In this document: positions 11,527-13,289 of the stretch, piece after piece | Layout of the letters: every line of letters begins with the position of its first letter | Position numbering within the stretch: the stretch's first letter is position 1 | Origin: a virus | IMG/VR virus record: IMGVR_UViG_3300017989_002792 | DNA length: 13,289 bases | Reading direction: 5' to 3' (one strand) | Notes under the pieces: generated by a model | The model's input: the letters and a program-made list of their open reading frames with translations, nothing else | What the model was told of the DNA's origin: nothing | Databases searched by the model: none | Program-made: the position numbers and the translations under genes

Positions 11527-12156
11527 ATGATAGTTACATTTTCATCAAGCTCACATTCAGGAAAAACTACATTTGCGGAACATATACAAAAATTGTTAGG
11601 CAAAGATAATGTTATTATTTACAATGAAATAATAAGACGTTATGATATCAAAAGTATTGACGATTTAAGAAGAGATCCTAATAGATACTTTAAAATTCAA
11701 AAGGAAATAATTACAGAAAAATATGATCAAGAAATTTGCGCAAGAAAAGATCATCAATTCCAGTTGGGAACTAAAAATAAAATAATTATATTTGATAGAT
11801 CGTTAGCAGATTCTTTTTATTATTACACAAAATATGTAAAAGTTAATCTATTATCTGACGAAAACAAGAAAGAATTTTATGAATTCCAAGATAAAGTATA
11901 TCGTTGGGCAGCAGATTCGTTTGAGTATGTTTATGATAGAATTATATTATTTAACCCAATTCCATTGCCAGAAAAATTAAATGATGGCTTTAGAGAAAAA
12001 GGGTTGAGAGAAAAACAAATGTCAGAATTTCATATGATCAAATTGTATTCATATGGTTTTTGTAAAGATTGGAATAAAATTAAATTTATTGATGTAAAAA
12101 GGGATAATTCATTAATGAATTTTATGAGGCTATTATATGAAACGAATAATTCCTAG
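11527..12156 (+). CDS. P-loop NTPase, nucleotide/nucleoside kinase-like (209 aa)
   Basis: Walker A-like FSSSSHSGKTT, Walker B-like IIIFDRS, and a kinase-like fold pattern of AAA_28/dNK type. Confidence 0.55.
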   Translation: MIVTFSSSSHSGKTTFAEHIQKLLGKDNVIIYNEIIRRYDIKSIDDLRRDPNRYFKIQKEIITEKYDQEICARKDHQFQLGTKNKIIIFDRSLADSFYYYTKYVKVNLLSDENKKEFYEFQDKVYRWAADSFEYVYDRIILFNPIPLPEKLNDGFREKGLREKQMSEFHMIKLYSYGFCKDWNKIKFIDVKRDNSLMNFMRLLYETNNS

Positions 12157-12820
12157 GACATATAAAGAATATAATCAACTAGTAGTAAAAGGAGAAAACT
12201 TTAATAAAGATAATATTACTATTAATATTCATGGTGCTATTGATGTCAATAATAGATCTTTAACAAAGAAATATTTATATAATGCTTTATCGTTTACAAC
12301 AGACAAATTAGCGTCAGATGAAATTCTTAAAGCAATAAAAGGAATTAAAGTAGATGAAGAATTTATGAATAGTCGATGCTATCCTACGGGTTTATTTAAT
12401 ATTGGAAATGTAATGATAGTTGGAATGAATCCAGGCAGGAAAGGTAGAAGTGTTGAAGGTTACCCGTTAAAACCTTCATTTGTTTATCAATCACCAAGTT
12501 TTAATTTAAGAAAAGCATGCGAATACACATTTGGAAACGATATTCCGTATGTCACAAATCTTTGCAAATATGCCACAGTTGATAATAAAGTTTCTGAAAA
12601 ACAATATGAAGAATACGAATTTATATTTCACATGGAAATAAATTATATGAAGCCAAGGTTAATTATAGCATTGGGAAATGATGTATATAATTATATAGAT
12701 AAATATATTTTAACAGAAATACCAGTGATTAAAATAATGCATCCGGCAGGGATATGTTACAATGACATGACAGTTAAAGATTATGTAATACATTTTAGAA
12801 ATAAGGTTAGGCAATCATAA
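12137..12820 (+). CDS. uracil-DNA glycosylase superfamily protein (SMUG-like motifs), 227 aa
   Basis: Motif A VMIVGMNPGRKG (GMNPG as in SMUG-type UDGs). Motif B IMHPAGICY (HP(S/A) motif). Overlaps the upstream gene by 20 nt. Confidence 0.55.
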   Translation: MKRIIPRTYKEYNQLVVKGENFNKDNITINIHGAIDVNNRSLTKKYLYNALSFTTDKLASDEILKAIKGIKVDEEFMNSRCYPTGLFNIGNVMIVGMNPGRKGRSVEGYPLKPSFVYQSPSFNLRKACEYTFGNDIPYVTNLCKYATVDNKVSEKQYEEYEFIFHMEINYMKPRLIIALGNDVYNYIDKYILTEIPVIKIMHPAGICYNDMTVKDYVIHFRNKVRQS

Positions 12821-12930
12821 TGATAGAAAATATGGAAGAAATTTTTGATGACTTTAATAAAATACTTAAATCACAAAAAATAAAATTATATTGTTTTTAT
12901 AGAATAAAAGAAGTTTATATGAAGGAATAA
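12820..12930 (+). CDS. possible small protein (36 aa) with TAATG-coupled start; absent from the ORF track
   Basis: ATG 12820-12822 overlaps the upstream TAA. Translation MIENMEEIFDDFNKILKSQKIKLYCFYRIKEVYMKE. Confidence 0.25.
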   Translation: MIENMEEIFDDFNKILKSQKIKLYCFYRIKEVYMKE

Positions 12931-12932
12931 TC

Positions 12933-13289
12933 ATGAAAAAAATCGGCTTCCTCGGCGCGCCTGGCGTAGGCAAATCAACTTTAGCATCTGGTCTTTTTTA
13001 TGAATTAAAAAAGAAGAAATATGAAGTTGAACTAATTCCTGAACTTGTAAAATTTAAAGTTTTTATGGGCGCAGATAATAGTGAAATTGGTTTCGATATT
13101 CAAAATAGTTTAGAACAAAGAAAACTAGAGAAAATATTTGATGAGCATATAGGGTTAGATTATGTAATATGCGAAAATCCATTGTGGAATGGTTTAATTT
13201 ATTCAACGTTTTATAACAAAGAATACGAAATGAAATTTCTTGAGAAAATAGCAAGAGAGAGTTATTATGATTTTATGTTTTTTATAAAA
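12933..13289 (+). CDS. P-loop ATPase/kinase, AAA_28 / NadR-kinase-like (5' partial, runs off window end)
   Basis: RBS AAGGA 8 nt before ATG 12933. Walker A GAPGVGKST. Motif VICENPLWNGLIYSTFY. No stop before the window end. Confidence 0.65.
   Translation, partial: MKKIGFLGAPGVGKSTLASGLFYELKKKKYEVELIPELVKFKVFMGADNSEIGFDIQNSLEQRKLEKIFDEHIGLDYVICENPLWNGLIYSTFYNKEYEMKFLEKIARESYYDFMFFIK

Noticed and set aside
3802-13254. Other minus-strand ORFs (3802-3990, 4312-4497, 4690-4881, 4984-5166, 5890-6285, 6954-7274, 7701-7898, 8776-8979, 10417-10677, 11406-11603, 13063-13254)
   Set aside because: All are antisense to plus-strand genes or tRNAs, lack SD sequences, and every supported gene in the window is on the plus strand, so these look like spurious frames.
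1-13289. Transposase, integrase or IS boundaries, or CRISPR arrays
   Set aside because: No inverted terminal repeats, no recognisable transposase or integrase motifs in any frame, and no repeat-spacer periodicity were seen.

Overview
AT-rich (about 30% GC), single-strand-coded window with Shine-Dalgarno sites, sigma70-like promoters and rho-independent terminators; it reads like part of a large bacteriophage or phage-like element. All convincing genes are on the + strand. The first 4 kb is a dense tRNA array: 8 tRNAs and 1 aberrant tRNA-like element, interleaved with small, often Cys-rich zinc-ribbon-like ORFs whose stop codons lie inside the downstream tRNA genes. The standout gene (4162-6957) encodes a 931-aa full-length homolog of the eukaryotic major vault protein (MVP): N-terminal MVP repeat domains, SPFH-like shoulder, long cap-helix coiled coil, cap-ring, and a (GAT)7-encoded poly-Asp C-terminal tail. 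It is preceded by a strong promoter and RBS and followed by a clean terminator. Downstream genes are a lipoprotein, a secreted protein, a calcineurin-like metallophosphoesterase, a NodU/CmcH-family carbamoyltransferase (probable AUU start), a probably frameshifted membrane protein, two P-loop nucleotide-kinase-like proteins and a UDG-superfamily protein. A promoter motif TAGACA-N18-GAATATAATTAA recurs before the MVP, carbamoyltransferase and kinase genes. I have no database access; every homology call rests on my own recognition of motifs in the translations.
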